Source: Octopus vulgaris
Taxonomy: Eukaryota
Reading direction: 5' to 3'
Assembly: GCA_951406725.2 (NCBI GenBank)
Contig: OX597815.1
Coordinates: 119,474,001 to 119,538,000 of the forward strand
DNA: 64,000 nt
The notes beneath the pieces were generated by a model, which made no database searches, was not told where the DNA came from, and was given only the letters and a program-made list of their open reading frames with translations. Position 1 is the stretch's first letter. Every line of letters starts with the position of its first letter. Both the position numbers and the translations under genes were made by a program. Below are positions 39,566 through 52,177 of the stretch, piece by piece.

Positions 39566-42500
39566 TTTTTTAATTGCATTTCAGGATCGATTTAATAGTT
39601 CTGAAACAGCAGTATGTTCCAACAACAAGTAGACTCTGGAGAGAGACTGCTTTTTTGTCTTGGCTATCTAATAGTGAGGCTTCAGCCTGAAAGTGCAGGA
39701 GTTTTGGAGAGTATGTTGTTACATCTCAGTCATCACTACTCTCAGATATGCTCTAACCCAGGATGGTAGTACCTGCCAAATAGCAGAAGGTAGTCCTTTG
39801 AAGGCTTATCCCTAGACATGTGCCATGTAGGTCCAGTAGTGTGTGGATGTGCCCTGATATAAAGGCTTGAAATAGGTTCTTTGTTTCTATGCATAAAGAA
39901 TAAATTTGGGCAAACAAGAGACAAGCAGAAAAACTAAAGCTGGCAGAAGGCAACAGGAAACCACTATAGGATATTTTCTAAAGAAATTGAAGATGTTGAA
40001 CTGTCAATGCAATGTCATGGGCTGACTACTTTTCTGAAAACAAACAAGGGATGTCAAATTATTGACAAGTGTTTAAACTTTGGGCATGATACATTATTCA
40101 TCTTGTTGAATATAACTAAAGTTTATTAATAAAAATTAAAGAATAATTTTCTTTCATGAAAATTTAAATAATTCTGTAGTAGGAGGTTTATTTCAGTGAC
40201 CTTTAACACTAAACTACTTAAAATGTAATTTAAGAAACTAGTTGCAAATTGCAATCTCAACAACTATATAATATTTACTTCACACCTACAGCTGACACTG
40301 TCTCAAATTAATTACACTGTTGTATATTAGCATTTACAGGTTAAAAGTTATTAATTTTTGATAATTAATAGTTACTTGCTAGAAGGAATTGAATTTCCTT
40401 CTATTTATTTATTTATTTTGGTACATGGAATAGTGAAGATTTTGTTTGTTTGTTTCTTTCTTTTACTTGTTTCAGTAACTAGACTGTGACCATGCTGGGG
40501 CATTACCATGAAAAGGTCTAGTTAATTTTATCAACCCGAGTCACAGTCTAGTGGTGGTCTGCTCTTGGGCAGGTTTCGTGCATGTTAACCTTCTCCAGTT
40601 CCCTGTCTATATGACCTGGGAGTGAGCCTATGCCCTCCCCTGCCACCATTAAATAGACTACTAGAACTAGAGCCATCCATGATTAGACCTAGGATGAATA
40701 CTGAAGAGGTTTCCTGTTGCCATCTCCAGGCAGGTGGGATTTGAACTCTGGATGCAGAGAGCAGGAAGGTATACCAAATAGCATTTCTGCTGACATGCCA
40801 ATGGTTCTGCCACTCTCCCACCCACTAGAGCATGAAATGAAGTGTTTTGCTCAAGAACACATGTCACCCAGTCAGGAATTGAACCCATGATCTGACAACC
40901 GTGAGTGCAATACCCTAACCATTAGGCCGCATGCCTTCAACTCAAGTATTTATTTTCTATTGACTGCTACTTGTCTAACTGCTATGTTGTAGGGCATAAA
41001 CAAAGCAGCATCAATGCAAAGACAGACACAACATATGTTTTCTCTCTCTCTTTCACACAGACATAAACACAAACACAACATGCTTCCATACAGATTCTAT
41101 CAATCTACCAAATTTCATTCATAAGGCTAATGTCAACCTGGGGCTATAGTAAAAGATGCTTGTTGAAGATGGCACACAATGGGCTTAATCACACAACCAT
41201 ACATGTACCTCACAACACACACAAACAATGAAACTAATTTATGTTTATAAAACTACTGCTGATAATACATCAAGTGTGTAGGAATAGCCATATGAAGTTA
41301 GCACTGTTGACAATCCTCAGAATTAATACTTTGCCAGTTTTTTATTATTATCTTTCCTATTCTTCCAGCAGGCTGAAAGGGCAATATAGTTACAGTAAGC
41401 TAATACTGAAGCCAGCTTTACTTAACTTGAGTGACCAAGGCTAGTGGAATTGTTTTATGTGCATGTTCATATATGCGTATGCATGTGTTAGAATGAAGGA
41501 AGGATTATACTCATTCTTAGCATCAAGGAAATACCAATCCTCACAAAGTTCTCAAAGAGACCTTTCACATGCCATTTGTACACTCACAGCAGGAGTAACT
41601 CCAAGGCTTACTTCTTGTATTCATTTACATATTCTTAGAAGGGTGTAAAATTTCTTCAGAACATTGTTTTGAATTAATCACGTGTTACTTCATAGCTTTG
41701 AGATTTCAATGATGGGATTGTTTATTTTTAGAATGACATTGTAGGGTAAGTGTGAGATGCCAGATCTGGCTAGTTCAAATATAAAAATGTAGAATATTTT
41801 GGCCTGATAAGGCAAGTTTAACACTGCAGCATTCAAATGATTCTGTCTAAATGTAATGTTTATTTATTCGCATGGTTTTTAATTATCTCAACATATGTGC
41901 TTGGCTTGTTTGCCCAGTAAGCTGCAATTTGGTACAGTGACGGTGATTTGATCAAAGCATCAGGGGTTAAAACACTTGGAAGTCATAGACAGACAACTCA
42001 CTCCAAATTCCATTTAGGAGCAATGGAAATCAATGTTTCCCCCCATTTCTGTGGCTCATCAATATCACATACCTGAACCAAATTGAAGACAAACTAAATT
42101 GCCAGTCAATGACTATATGCAAATAATATAAAAAGACCATTTACTGGTATATCCTGATAATGCATATGTAAGATATGGCCTGTTTAAAAAGCTCAAGGGT
42201 TGAAAACTAAAGGGTTAAAGCAGGACTAAAACTAGATCCATGAATTTCTAACCAATCATCTAGTATTTAAACAATTTGGTGCACTACATTCAATTCACCA
42301 TACTGTTGGCAGGTAGAGTTAAATGTCTTGACAAAGGATACAAATGAGCTTAAAAAAAAAAAGATTAATGACCTACAAACTGAACCAGGAAACTGAATGC
42401 GTAGGCAATTTATTTACTATCTTATACACCACATCTACTGACACGCCTACCTCATTTACTCACTCACAGTTGGTGATATCTGTCAGTAATACAACTACTT

Positions 42501-42629
42501 TTATATATAATTTCTAAACTGGCTGCCTTCCACACTACCTAATATTCAAATCACAAGAATTTTACCAATGGGGAAGCCACCAGAAGGAAGTATTAAGAAA
42601 TATATTAAACTTGCATTTATTATACATAC

Positions 42630-42935
42630 CATAATCATTGTTTAACGTCCGTTTTCCATGCTGGCATGGGTTGGACAGTTTGACTGAGGTCTGGAGAGCC
42701 AATGGCTTCACCAGGCTCCAATCTGGTATGGCAGAGTTTCTACAGCTGCGTGTCCTTCCTAATGCCAACAACCCAGAGAGTGTAGTGGGTGCTTTTTACA
42801 TGCCACTGGCGCAGGAGCCAGTCAGGCGGGCCTGGCATTGATTATGTTTGGATGTTTTTTACAAGCCACTGGCATGGGAGCCAGACAGGAGGTACTGGAT
42901 TTGGCCACATTCGGATGGTGCTTTATATGTGCCAT
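42630..42935 (-). mobile_element. RTE 3' end copy
   Basis: gtttaacgtccgttttccatgctggcatgggttggac...ccttcctaatgccaac...gggtgctttttacatgcc. Confidence 0.8.
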
Positions 42936-42964
42936 ATATATATGTAAATATGTATGTATGTATG

Positions 42965-43010
<46 letters not shown>

Positions 43011-43378
43011 TACATAAGGTTGTATTTTGTATACAGAGTTAAAAATCATGGTCTTTCAAAAAATGAAGAAAAAATATAAAATATATATCTTTTGTGAAAT
43101 TTAAGATAAGTTTATAAACTTGGGTATTTGGGAGATAAGGTTTCTGAAAGTACAGTTTATCAGAAGAAGACCAACACAATAAACAGAGAATCAAATAACT
43201 GATTGTCTTTAAGGCTGACTGTTAGAGTTGAGAGGTTAGTTAAGGTCTGTAATAGGCACGATTCCAGGGAAGTAGAGAATTGGTTCAGGTAGACGGAGAG
43301 CTTCTATGTCAGTTTTTACTTTATCACATGGAACACAAACATGCTAGTAGTTTGATTTAAAAAAAAAAAAAACTAATT

Positions 43379-43592
43379 AAGGCAGCATTCTGGCAGAATT
43401 GTTAGCAAGTTGGGGAAATGCTTAGCAGCATTTTGTCGGTCTTTACATCCAGAGTTCAAATCCCGTCATGGTTGACTTTGGCTTTCATCATTCAAGGGTC
43501 GATAAAATAAGTACCAGTTGAACACTGGGGTTGATGTAATCAATTCATACCCTCCACCAAAATCGCTGGCCTTGAGCCAAAATTTGAAATCA
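43379..43592 (+). mobile_element. Family-A SINE (others at 46957-47172 +, 56420-56595 -, 36120-36330 +)
   Basis: ggcagcattctggcagaa..gagttcaaatcc..ctttcatc..gtcgataaaataagtaccag..aaatttgaaa. Confidence 0.8.
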
Positions 43593-44107
43593 AATCTTAG
43601 ATTAAAAAGATTAAAAAAAAAAAAAGAAAAAGAAAACTTAGTTATCATGTCAATTAGCTGAGCTTGCATCTGTAGTATTTTGTGTAAATGTAAAGTTGTC
43701 ATTTCTTGGTCACAATCAGTTTTAAGTTTTCTTTTTCTTTTTTTTTTTTTAATCTTTTAGTCAAAAGAGAGTGAGGAAGCAGTCTCACAATCCTTTACAG
43801 AACCTCTAAGACTAGTGGTAGGAAGGGAACTAACCCAAATGCTTGCAACAGAGCAGACTCCGCTAAAGGCACCCAAAGTACCAGATGGTGGTGCTAAATT
43901 AAACGATGGGGGTCATGGTAAGATTTGAATTCAGAACACAAAAACAAATATTACAAGGTATAGTCCGACATGCCCCAGATGTGACAATACCACTTCCAGG
44001 CTAGTGGATCGGCAAGAACTTAAAAGGATATTCCATGATGTGTAATGAGATGAGAATAAAATGGAAACAGACAGGGGTGAGATAAAACAAGATTTGTCCA
44101 TACTGAC

Positions 44108-44261
44108 CAGAAAAAGGTACATCCACACTGCTATCTGTAATAGCACTGAAGCTACTGCTTTCATCAATCTCAGATTGGGGAGGAGTAACATCTAAAGCGA
44201 GAGCCATCAGACCGCTTTGAGATTCTGAAGAGAAGTCGCCTTCTAGCTTTCTCTTTGGCAT
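44108..44261 (-). CDS. CSRNP: CSRNP/AXUD1-family transcription factor, first coding exon (MPKRKLEGDF...VDVPFS)
   Basis: ATG at 44261 in ACAATG context with an in-frame TGA upstream in the same exon. Exon 44359-44108 has a polypyrimidine acceptor (ttttcttccag) and donor G|gtcagt. 154 coding nt gives phase 1, matching the next exon. N-terminal KRK and Ser-rich segment are typical of CSRNPs. Confidence 0.8.
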
Positions 44262-44359
44262 TGTGCTGCTAATATCTACGACAGCCGTACAAAAATATGG
44301 ATGTTCACTGGCCTCAGAGTGATACAATGATATAGCTACCACTTGTATTCACTGTAGCG
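44262..44359 (-). other. CSRNP: 5' UTR portion of the CSRNP start-codon exon
   Basis: Acceptor AG at 44361-44360 after a long T/C tract; no ATG before 44261. Implies at least one further upstream non-coding exon. Confidence 0.65.
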
Positions 44360-44889
44360 CTGGAAGAAAAAAGAAAAAAATATATAAATATATTTCAATT
44401 ATAGTAAGAATTCATAAAAATGAATAAAAAACAAAATGAAATAAAGAGAGCAAATGAATAATAATAGCAGTGTTGACAATGGTGATGACTCAAAACTGCT
44501 TACAGCATGTGAATGGAAATTTTACACAGAACATCTTATAGTTTCTTAACAGATAGAAGTGAATGTATATTCCAAGTTATAGGCAACAGCATTTTTTTTT
44601 CAGGCAAGTTTTTGCATAGGATTACATCTTTTCAAGAATGTCAAAAGTTATGTAACTTTTTCTGAATCTGTTTTGTTTTTTTGTTTTTTTGAGTTCCTGA
44701 CAGTAACATGAAGAATATTGTATACTCATACAAGCACTGTAACAGATACGGGAAAGTTATTGATTAGAACAATTCATAAAAAATTAAGTTAATTAGTACT
44801 ACAGTATATTGAAGAAGGTAGGGGTCTCAAGAAAAAAAAAAAAAAAAATCTAAGAGTATGGTGATATAATAAACCTGGGCAGATACTGG

Positions 44890-45078
44890 TGTCATGCAAA
44901 TGGCACCCATGCTGGTGGTACATAAAAGCACCCATTACACTCTTGGAGTGGATGGGGTTAGGAAGGGCATCCAGCCATAGAAAACCAAATCAGACTGGAG
45001 CCAGGTGCAACCGTCTAGTCCTGGTTAAACCGTCCAACCCATGCCAACATGGACAATGAATGTTAAATGATGATGATG
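44890..45078 (+). mobile_element. RTE 3' end copy with (GAT)n tail
   Basis: aaagcacccattacactcttggagtgg..ttaggaagggcatccagc...tgttaaatgatgatgatg. Confidence 0.75.
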
Positions 45079-45399
45079 GGCAAGGTCAGGTATGGCCTCT
45101 AGTAGAAACTAAGAAAGCCAGATTGCAACAAGATTATTATTTTTGTATTGCAAAGTAGTTAACATAACTGTAGTTCAATACTATTATTTCCCCATTCATG
45201 TATTATAGAAAACATACTAAATCTGAAAGCTGTTAAGTGACATGAAAAATTTAGCTAAAGAATTACAAGATCATACACATTAGAACTGCTTTGTACAACA
45301 GTTTAAATTTGACAGTCTCCATTGACATAATCTATCTCTATTAAAGATTCATAAACTCATTTTTGGATAGCATGTCCCTAAAAGTAGGCAGTTAAGAGG

Positions 45400-45710
45400 C
45401 CACAGGGTTGAAGGGACATACAAATGGAGGTACCATATATGGTTCTCTGAGATATAAAACTAACTTCTAGTGTCATGAAGCTGCTTTAGGAGATACTTGT
45501 CTAGAAAACCAAACAGATGATTTCATTATATTGTATAATATCTCTGCAACATTACTTTCCGTACATAATGATTGATGTTGCTTGTCCAAATGATAAAAAC
45601 AAAAATATATTTAGGAAATAAATTATAGGAAACTTTCCAAATGTGGAACTGAAAATAAGTAGAGAAAGACTAACAGTAGCAATCCCCATTTTGATATTCA
45701 TCTTAGAGCT
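45400..45710 (+). mobile_element. Second R4/Dong-like fragment (RLE domain)
   Basis: Translates to LEN...MIDVACPNDKN...VELKISR...IPI, matching the xIDVAxPxDxN...IEIxR...IP pattern of RLE domains. Confidence 0.55.
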
Positions 45711-45719
45711 TTTTTCTGC

Positions 45720-48700
45720 TAAACCCAGTTGTTGTATAGCCATCAGCATGTAGGTCATTGATCAAATGACAGTTGTAGTTCTTCAGCACATGCCTGTGGT
45801 GATGTGCATCTCTACCTTAACACATTTTTGTCTTAAGTCTTTGTCATAGTTGTTTGGAGTAAATAGGAAAGAGAATGTTCTTAGGCTTGTGTTGTAACAG
45901 TGTTGTGTGGAGTTAGAGATGTGACTGGGTGATTGAGGGTTAATTGAACATGGAGCGGCAGGCAGTGTGGGTTGATACTTAGATGTCTAGACGGTCTTTC
46001 CATTAGAGTGTTTTTATTCTATTTGGGTGTGGTCTGTGTGCAGTTTGTAACGATGCCAGGTTTTTCTGTCTTGTGCTCTTTGTAGTTTATAATGAGATGT
46101 GTTTGTGTGTATGCTGTTGTTTAGCCCCAGGTCAGCCAAGATCAAGCAGAGCTGTGATCAAAGGCATTCCAACAACTACCATACTACCATACTGCCATTT
46201 GATATCTCTAGGACTGCACTCTCAACGAGATCTTACCATATTTGTATTTAGTATGCAGATTTTCCTTCAGCTATTTCGTTCATCATAACATTCCTATAAT
46301 TTTGTAAGTCTTGCCCACTGAGAAAATCTAATAAGGCTGAAAGCTGTCTGTTGCATTCACTCAATGGGCTTTAAAGGACAAGAGCCAAGTTGTAGAATAT
46401 AAATATTCTAAAAAAGAAATTTGATAAGCATGTTACTGATGTTATCTTCTTTATTTTTTGTTATTTTTAGATTTTAACCCTTTTGTTGCCGTATTTCTAT
46501 TGAGATGCTCTGTATTTCTTTAAATTAATTTTAAATATAACAAAGAATTTAGTAAAATAACTTAGTTATCATTAAGCTAGTGTTAGGAACATAAATTATG
46601 ACTTAGGTTTGGTGTAAGATTTTAATTCAGAACTTTTGAAAACAAGACATTTGTATAACAGAGCAAGGGCATTTTCAAGCGGGTTGGTATCAGAAAGGTT
46701 AAACATTCTCTAAAAGGGAGTTCAATATTTGGATGGATAAGCTCAAAGTCCTTCAGCTCACTATATTACATAGGTGAGATCTGACAGTACATTATCTAAT
46801 GTACATTCTATCATTTTTTAAGACAGGTGTAACCTGATGCAATTTAGCTACTGGTTCAAACATGTAGAAACTTTTTGATGGCTGGTTGTATTTAACCCTT
46901 TGACTGAAACAAGTAAAAAACAAAAGATGGTGATTTAACATTTTTGTTTGTAACTAAAGCAGCAAGCTGGCAGAATTGTTAACATGCTGAACAAAATGTT
47001 TAGTGACATTTTGTCCATCGTTACATTCTGAGTTCAAATTTCACCGAGGTTGACTTCGCCTTTTATCCTTTCAGGGGCAATAAAATAAGTACCAGTTGAG
47101 CAGTGGAGTCAATGTAACCAACTTAACCCCTCCCTTGAAATTGCTGGCCCTGTACCAAAATTTGAAAGCAATTGAGTTAAAAGTTGTACTGATGTTGATG
47201 ATCATTAAAATAATGTGTGTAGAGCTTCTCTGTTGAAGTCATCCTGTATTCTTTGAACGAGACTCTGTATGATTAAGAGTTGAGGGTGTCATGGGCAGGA
47301 AAGGGAAATTTGCATTAGTAATATTTAATTAATTTTTCTAGGATTTTTTAAGGTTTAAATAATAATGCATCTGTAGAACAATACTTTGGCTGGGTTTTAA
47401 TTAAGTTTTAGAGATGCAATTATTTTACTCAATTTCCAGATTCTGTGGAATTAGCAATATTGGAAAGAATAATAATTGTATCCCAGTTCTGCTCTGATGC
47501 TATACATCAATGATTAAAGATATTCCAACCATGTCTTCCAATTTTCCTTTTTGAGATACATCATAACTAGGATTATAGAATTCAACCTGTCCTTTGTCAA
47601 GATGATAGGGTGTGAATTAAGTTTGATTTGGCTGCTAATTCCAACATGTCAATTCTCATAGCAGAGTGCCTGCTTCACTAATGGGGTGTAAGTAACAAGC
47701 GAATAAAACTTGCAGTAAAGTTTAAATTAACAACATTTTTTGAATATCTATATATTTGCTATATACTAACATGATTCTTTCATTGTGGGACATGCATTTA
47801 TTTGGAAATTGAAGTGAGGCATAGGATGAAAATGCTTGAGAAACTCTGGTGTAGAGGTTCCCTCATTGGCTCATAATAAAAATTGTCAAAAATGTTGAAG
47901 GGTGCAGTAACTCCCTATATTTTATGAATACATTTGTGATTTGGTTAAGTGCTAAAGTTTAACTCTTTAGAGTTCAGATTATTCTGTCTAATGTAATGCT
48001 TATTTATTTACACGGAATTAATCATATTTCATAGCTTTTGAGAATTTGATGATGTAATTATTCATTTTAAGAATGACATTGTAAGGAAGGTCTTAGAGGC
48101 CAGATCTGACCAGTTTGAATATAAAATGGGTAGAATATTTTGGCCCAGATATTACTGGTTTAAAGGGTTAAGAAAAAATTTTTTTTCTCATTATTTCCTT
48201 ACTGCTTTTCTGATATTTGATATAAAAAGTGGGCCAAGGTCTAAGTAGAAAGTATCATGTGTTTTACTTTTTCATGTCCTTTATATAATGTTTAGTGACT
48301 GATATGGAAAAATAGTTGACAAGTTTACTTGCTACTGAAATGTATGTGACTTCAAGATACTATTATGAAGTGTGATTAGGTGTGGTCTTTTTCAGAGTTT
48401 CTTGATGTCCTGTCAATTACTTTGCACAGTGTTTTACTGTTGGTGGTTTATGTTAAATAATAGCAACGTTTACCCATTTTCTACTTTTCCTTTGGTTTAT
48501 TTTCTTCCCTATATTCTCATTGAGTAACTTAAATTTTTTTTATTTTTTGTTAAATGTATTGTTGTTCAGTTATGTTTGAGGTTGTCCTTATTTTTATTAC
48601 GTCTATTACTTCAGTTTCTGCAATTATTTTCTGTGTGTATGCACTGAATTATCATCTATATTAATGACTGTGGCGTTGTTGAATCCTGTATGTAATTGTA

Positions 48701-49100
48701 AGATGATGCAATTTGTCCTTAGTAGATAGAACTGGTTCCATTAAGCTTTGGCAAAGTGTTCGCTTTGTCTGTTGATGTGTGAATGCACTGTGATGATGAC
48801 GATCATGATCATGATGAGCAGGTGATTAGAGGAGTGTTATAAATTGTTTGCAATATGATTGTGGTAAATAGGTGTGTTAGTGTATAAAGAATATAACCTA
48901 GAAAGGAGTTATTGTTGTCAGGTGAGTAAGACACTTAGGTGTGTTGTTTCAGAGGTAGAGGAAGTATGGCCTGTCCTCTCTTCCCAGGGTGTAATCATGG
49001 TGATGAAGGGTTCCCTGTTATAGGTTTCTTTCTTGCCTCATTGCAATGTGACAACCATATAGAATAGTGAGGAAGTTTCTTAATTACATGACAAAGTGCT
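45720..49100 (-). mobile_element. Decayed APE-type LINE (Jockey/I-group-like), split by SINEs and MITEs
   Basis: Minus strand ~47450-47175 reads RIWKLSKII..K..NPAK..YRCI...KILEKLI...IQDDFN...NISTTFN (RT: WKxAKII..SYRPIS..KILEKLI..DISKAFD). ~46060 reads IVTNCTQTTP (post-RT TGCxxxTP). Confidence 0.65.
46474..46702 (+). mobile_element. TTAA-flanked piggyBac-like MITE family B (partial copy 56725-56893; left end 26425-26455)
   Basis: Termini ttaa-cccttt / aaagg-ttaa; interior aagaatttagtaaaataact..aagctagtgttaggaacataaatt shared between copies. Confidence 0.75.
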
Positions 49101-51834
49101 GCATTGCAATGTGTTTTGTTTATACTTCTACAGTACACAAAATATTTTAATCTTTTTTTATATATAATTCTTAATAATATTTGATTATAAAAATATATTA
49201 TTAATAGTAGGTGCAGGTGTGGCTGTATGGTAGGAAGCTTGCTTCCCAACTGGGTTCAGCCCCACTGCGTGGCACCTTGGGCAAATTATAAAGAATTATA
49301 ATAGTTATTATAGTGAGCTGGCAGAGTTTGTACAAAAAGAAAAAAAAGGAAGTGGTCTTTGTTTCTATCCCCAGAAAAGCAGAAATCTCAGCTACATTGC
49401 TTTCCATGTGTCAGGACCAGTGGAAAGAAAATACCTTACTTGGAAAGCAGGAAAGAGTTGGCAACAGGCCAAAAAAAAACAAAAAAAAAAACAACCACCA
49501 CCACCATCATTTAACGTTTGTTTTCCATGAGTCTGGGAAGCCAGGAGGCTGCACCAGGCTCCAGTCTGATCTGGCAGTGTTTCTACAGCTAGATGCCCTT
49601 CCTAACGCCAACCACTCAGTGTGTGTAGTGGGTGCTTTTTACATACCAGGCTGTAGGAAATTTTCCCCAACCTTCATCTAACCCAGTGGTTCTTAACCAA
49701 CGTTTTTTTGTATCCTCTACTTCAGTAGTTGTTATGTCTAGCGCCCATGTAAGTGACAAGTAAAGTACCATGAATAAACTAACTTAACATGGTTGATAAT
49801 TTCTAAATTTTATTCTAAAAATAGACTGAATAAGCTTTTAACAGTGAAATGATAAAAATCAATGGAGACAAAAGTTGTAAATTTACTTTATACATTGCAA
49901 ACGAATGATTTCCCTGTGCCCAGTGAGAACTCATTTTATTTTAATAACCATTATTAGTTTTATTGTGTATAACATAATTACTATTATAGGTGAAATTTAG
50001 TATTCTTTATTTGTTTCAGTGCTGGAGCACTGCTTTTAGTCAAACAAATCAACCCCAAAGCTTATTTTTTGTAAGCCTAGTATTTGTTGTATCGGTTTCT
50101 TTTGCCGAATCACTGAGTTATGGGGATGTAAACACACCAACATTGATTGTCAAGTGATGGTGGGGAGACAAATAGACACACACACACATACATATATACA
50201 TATACGACGGGCTTCTTTTACTTTCCATCTACCAAATCCACTCGCAAGGGTTTAGTCCGCCCAAGGCCTAGAGTAGAGGACACTTGTCCAAGGTGCCATG
50301 CAATGGGACTGAAACCAGTGAGCAGGCAACGTACCACACAGCCATGCCTGCACCCATGTTAATTATGTTCAGAGCAACATTGACCACATTGAAAACCTCT
50401 GGTCTAACCGATACCAGTTTGGAAAAATAAATGTAAAATATAACGAGGATGATGATGATGCCTTGGTTTTCTGTGTGGTTTTGTTGTGACTTGGAGCATG
50501 TTTGACACTCTGTGTTGTCTGTTGGTATGTATATAAATTTTTTGTTGGGATATTTCTATTTTTTAACATTCTTGACTGTTTTACAAAGGCCTCGGCTTCA
50601 AAATTTTGTTATTTGGTTCAGGCTTGTTACTGATTTTGCATATTTTTATTTTACAAATTTATTATTTTCTTGTACAGCTAATATTCTAACCATGATCATT
50701 CAGTCCCTCACCACTTATATTATTATGTCTATTGTTTTAAAAATTGAATTTTTCAACATCTTTATTTTTTGATGATGGTAAGAAACAGTTTGAGGGGATT
50801 TAGCTGCTAATTCTAGTACAGGCTCCTTGACTGGCTCATGCAAGACCCAGAAGTAAAAATTTGTGCACAAATTTTAATAAAAATTGAAATCAATGAAGAA
50901 AAAATTGAAATAAAGAAAGAAAACCCCAGAAAGAATAATACTTAAAATGTCTTTTCACATTTTAAGAATAAAATCATAAAATTAGTAATAAAAAAAAAAA
51001 GAATAAACTTTTTTTAAAAACTAGATTTTTTTAGTAGCAGCAGTTCTCTGAGCAGAAAGAAAGAGAAAGAAATGTTTTTATTGTGCATTTCAATTTTGAT
51101 AATAGTCTGAGTTAAGTGAAACCTCAAAATATTGAGAGCTGCACTACTGTAGAATAAGATTTAAAGTAAGCTAATTCACTTCACTTTTAATGTCCTTGAG
51201 AATGGTAATTAATGCTACAAAATCTTACCCTACTTGCAAAAAAGAAAAAAAAAAAGAAAGAAAGAAAGAAAAAGAAAAGGTGGTTTGTGACAAAATGATA
51301 AAATACATAATCATAAAAAGTATTAAAGATGCCTAAAGACACTGTATCAAATACCAGAATATATGACACCGAGTCAAAGGCAATCTGAGGCTTTATGACA
51401 AGATAGACTTCATATTCAACAGGAAACAAGATACAATTGACAAAGCATTCCAGAGAGTAACATAGAATTACATAACTTTAATAGTTGACCCTAATAAGCA
51501 AAAAGAAAAGCAAAGAAAAGGAGGCAGGGGCAGCTTCAAACATACCACACCAACACTGCAGTTGACAGAAAATCTCAGTGCCTGCAGTTGGGTATGGATA
51601 TTATGTCTTTTCATGGTGAAGAATGATGTACCCATCAACATAAACTAATAATTAGTGTTGGACTCAGACAAAAGACAATCTGGAGAGGGAAGATATGGAA
51701 GTTGAAAAATTCTTTAGCAAGACATAGGTTCAAAAATATATTTGGTGCCATTGTTGAAGACTTGATATTTCAAGCAATTCATATAAAATGGCCATTTCCT
51801 AGATGCAATGAAACTATTTTTTTAAATGTTTATT

Positions 51835-52177
51835 CTTTTCTACTCTAGGCAGAAAGCTTGAATTTTTGGGGGAAGGGGGCCAGTCGATTAGATAAACCTC
51901 AGTGGAATTTGAACTCAGAACATAAAGACAGACGAAATACTTATTTCTTTACTACCCACAAGGGGCTAAACGCAGAGAGGACAAACAAGGACAGACACAC
52001 GGATTAAGTCGATTATATCGACCCCAGTGCATAACTGGTACTTATTTAATTGACCCCGAAAGGATGAAAGGCAAAGTCGACCTTGGCAGAATTTGAACTC
52101 ACAACGTAACGACAGACGAAATACTGCTAAGCATTTCGCCTGGCGTGCCAACGTTTCTGCCAGCTCGTTGCCTTTTC
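51835..52177 (-). mobile_element. Young dimeric family-A SINE with target-site duplication
   Basis: Full monomer plus an internally deleted second monomer; CpGs retained. Direct repeat taaatgtttatt at 51823-51834 and 52178-52189. Confidence 0.85.

Noticed and set aside
44262-44342. 27-aa GTG-initiated N-terminal extension of CSRNP given by the ORF track
   Set aside because: GTG has weak context; the ATG at 44261 has A at -3 and gives the family-typical M..KRK start.
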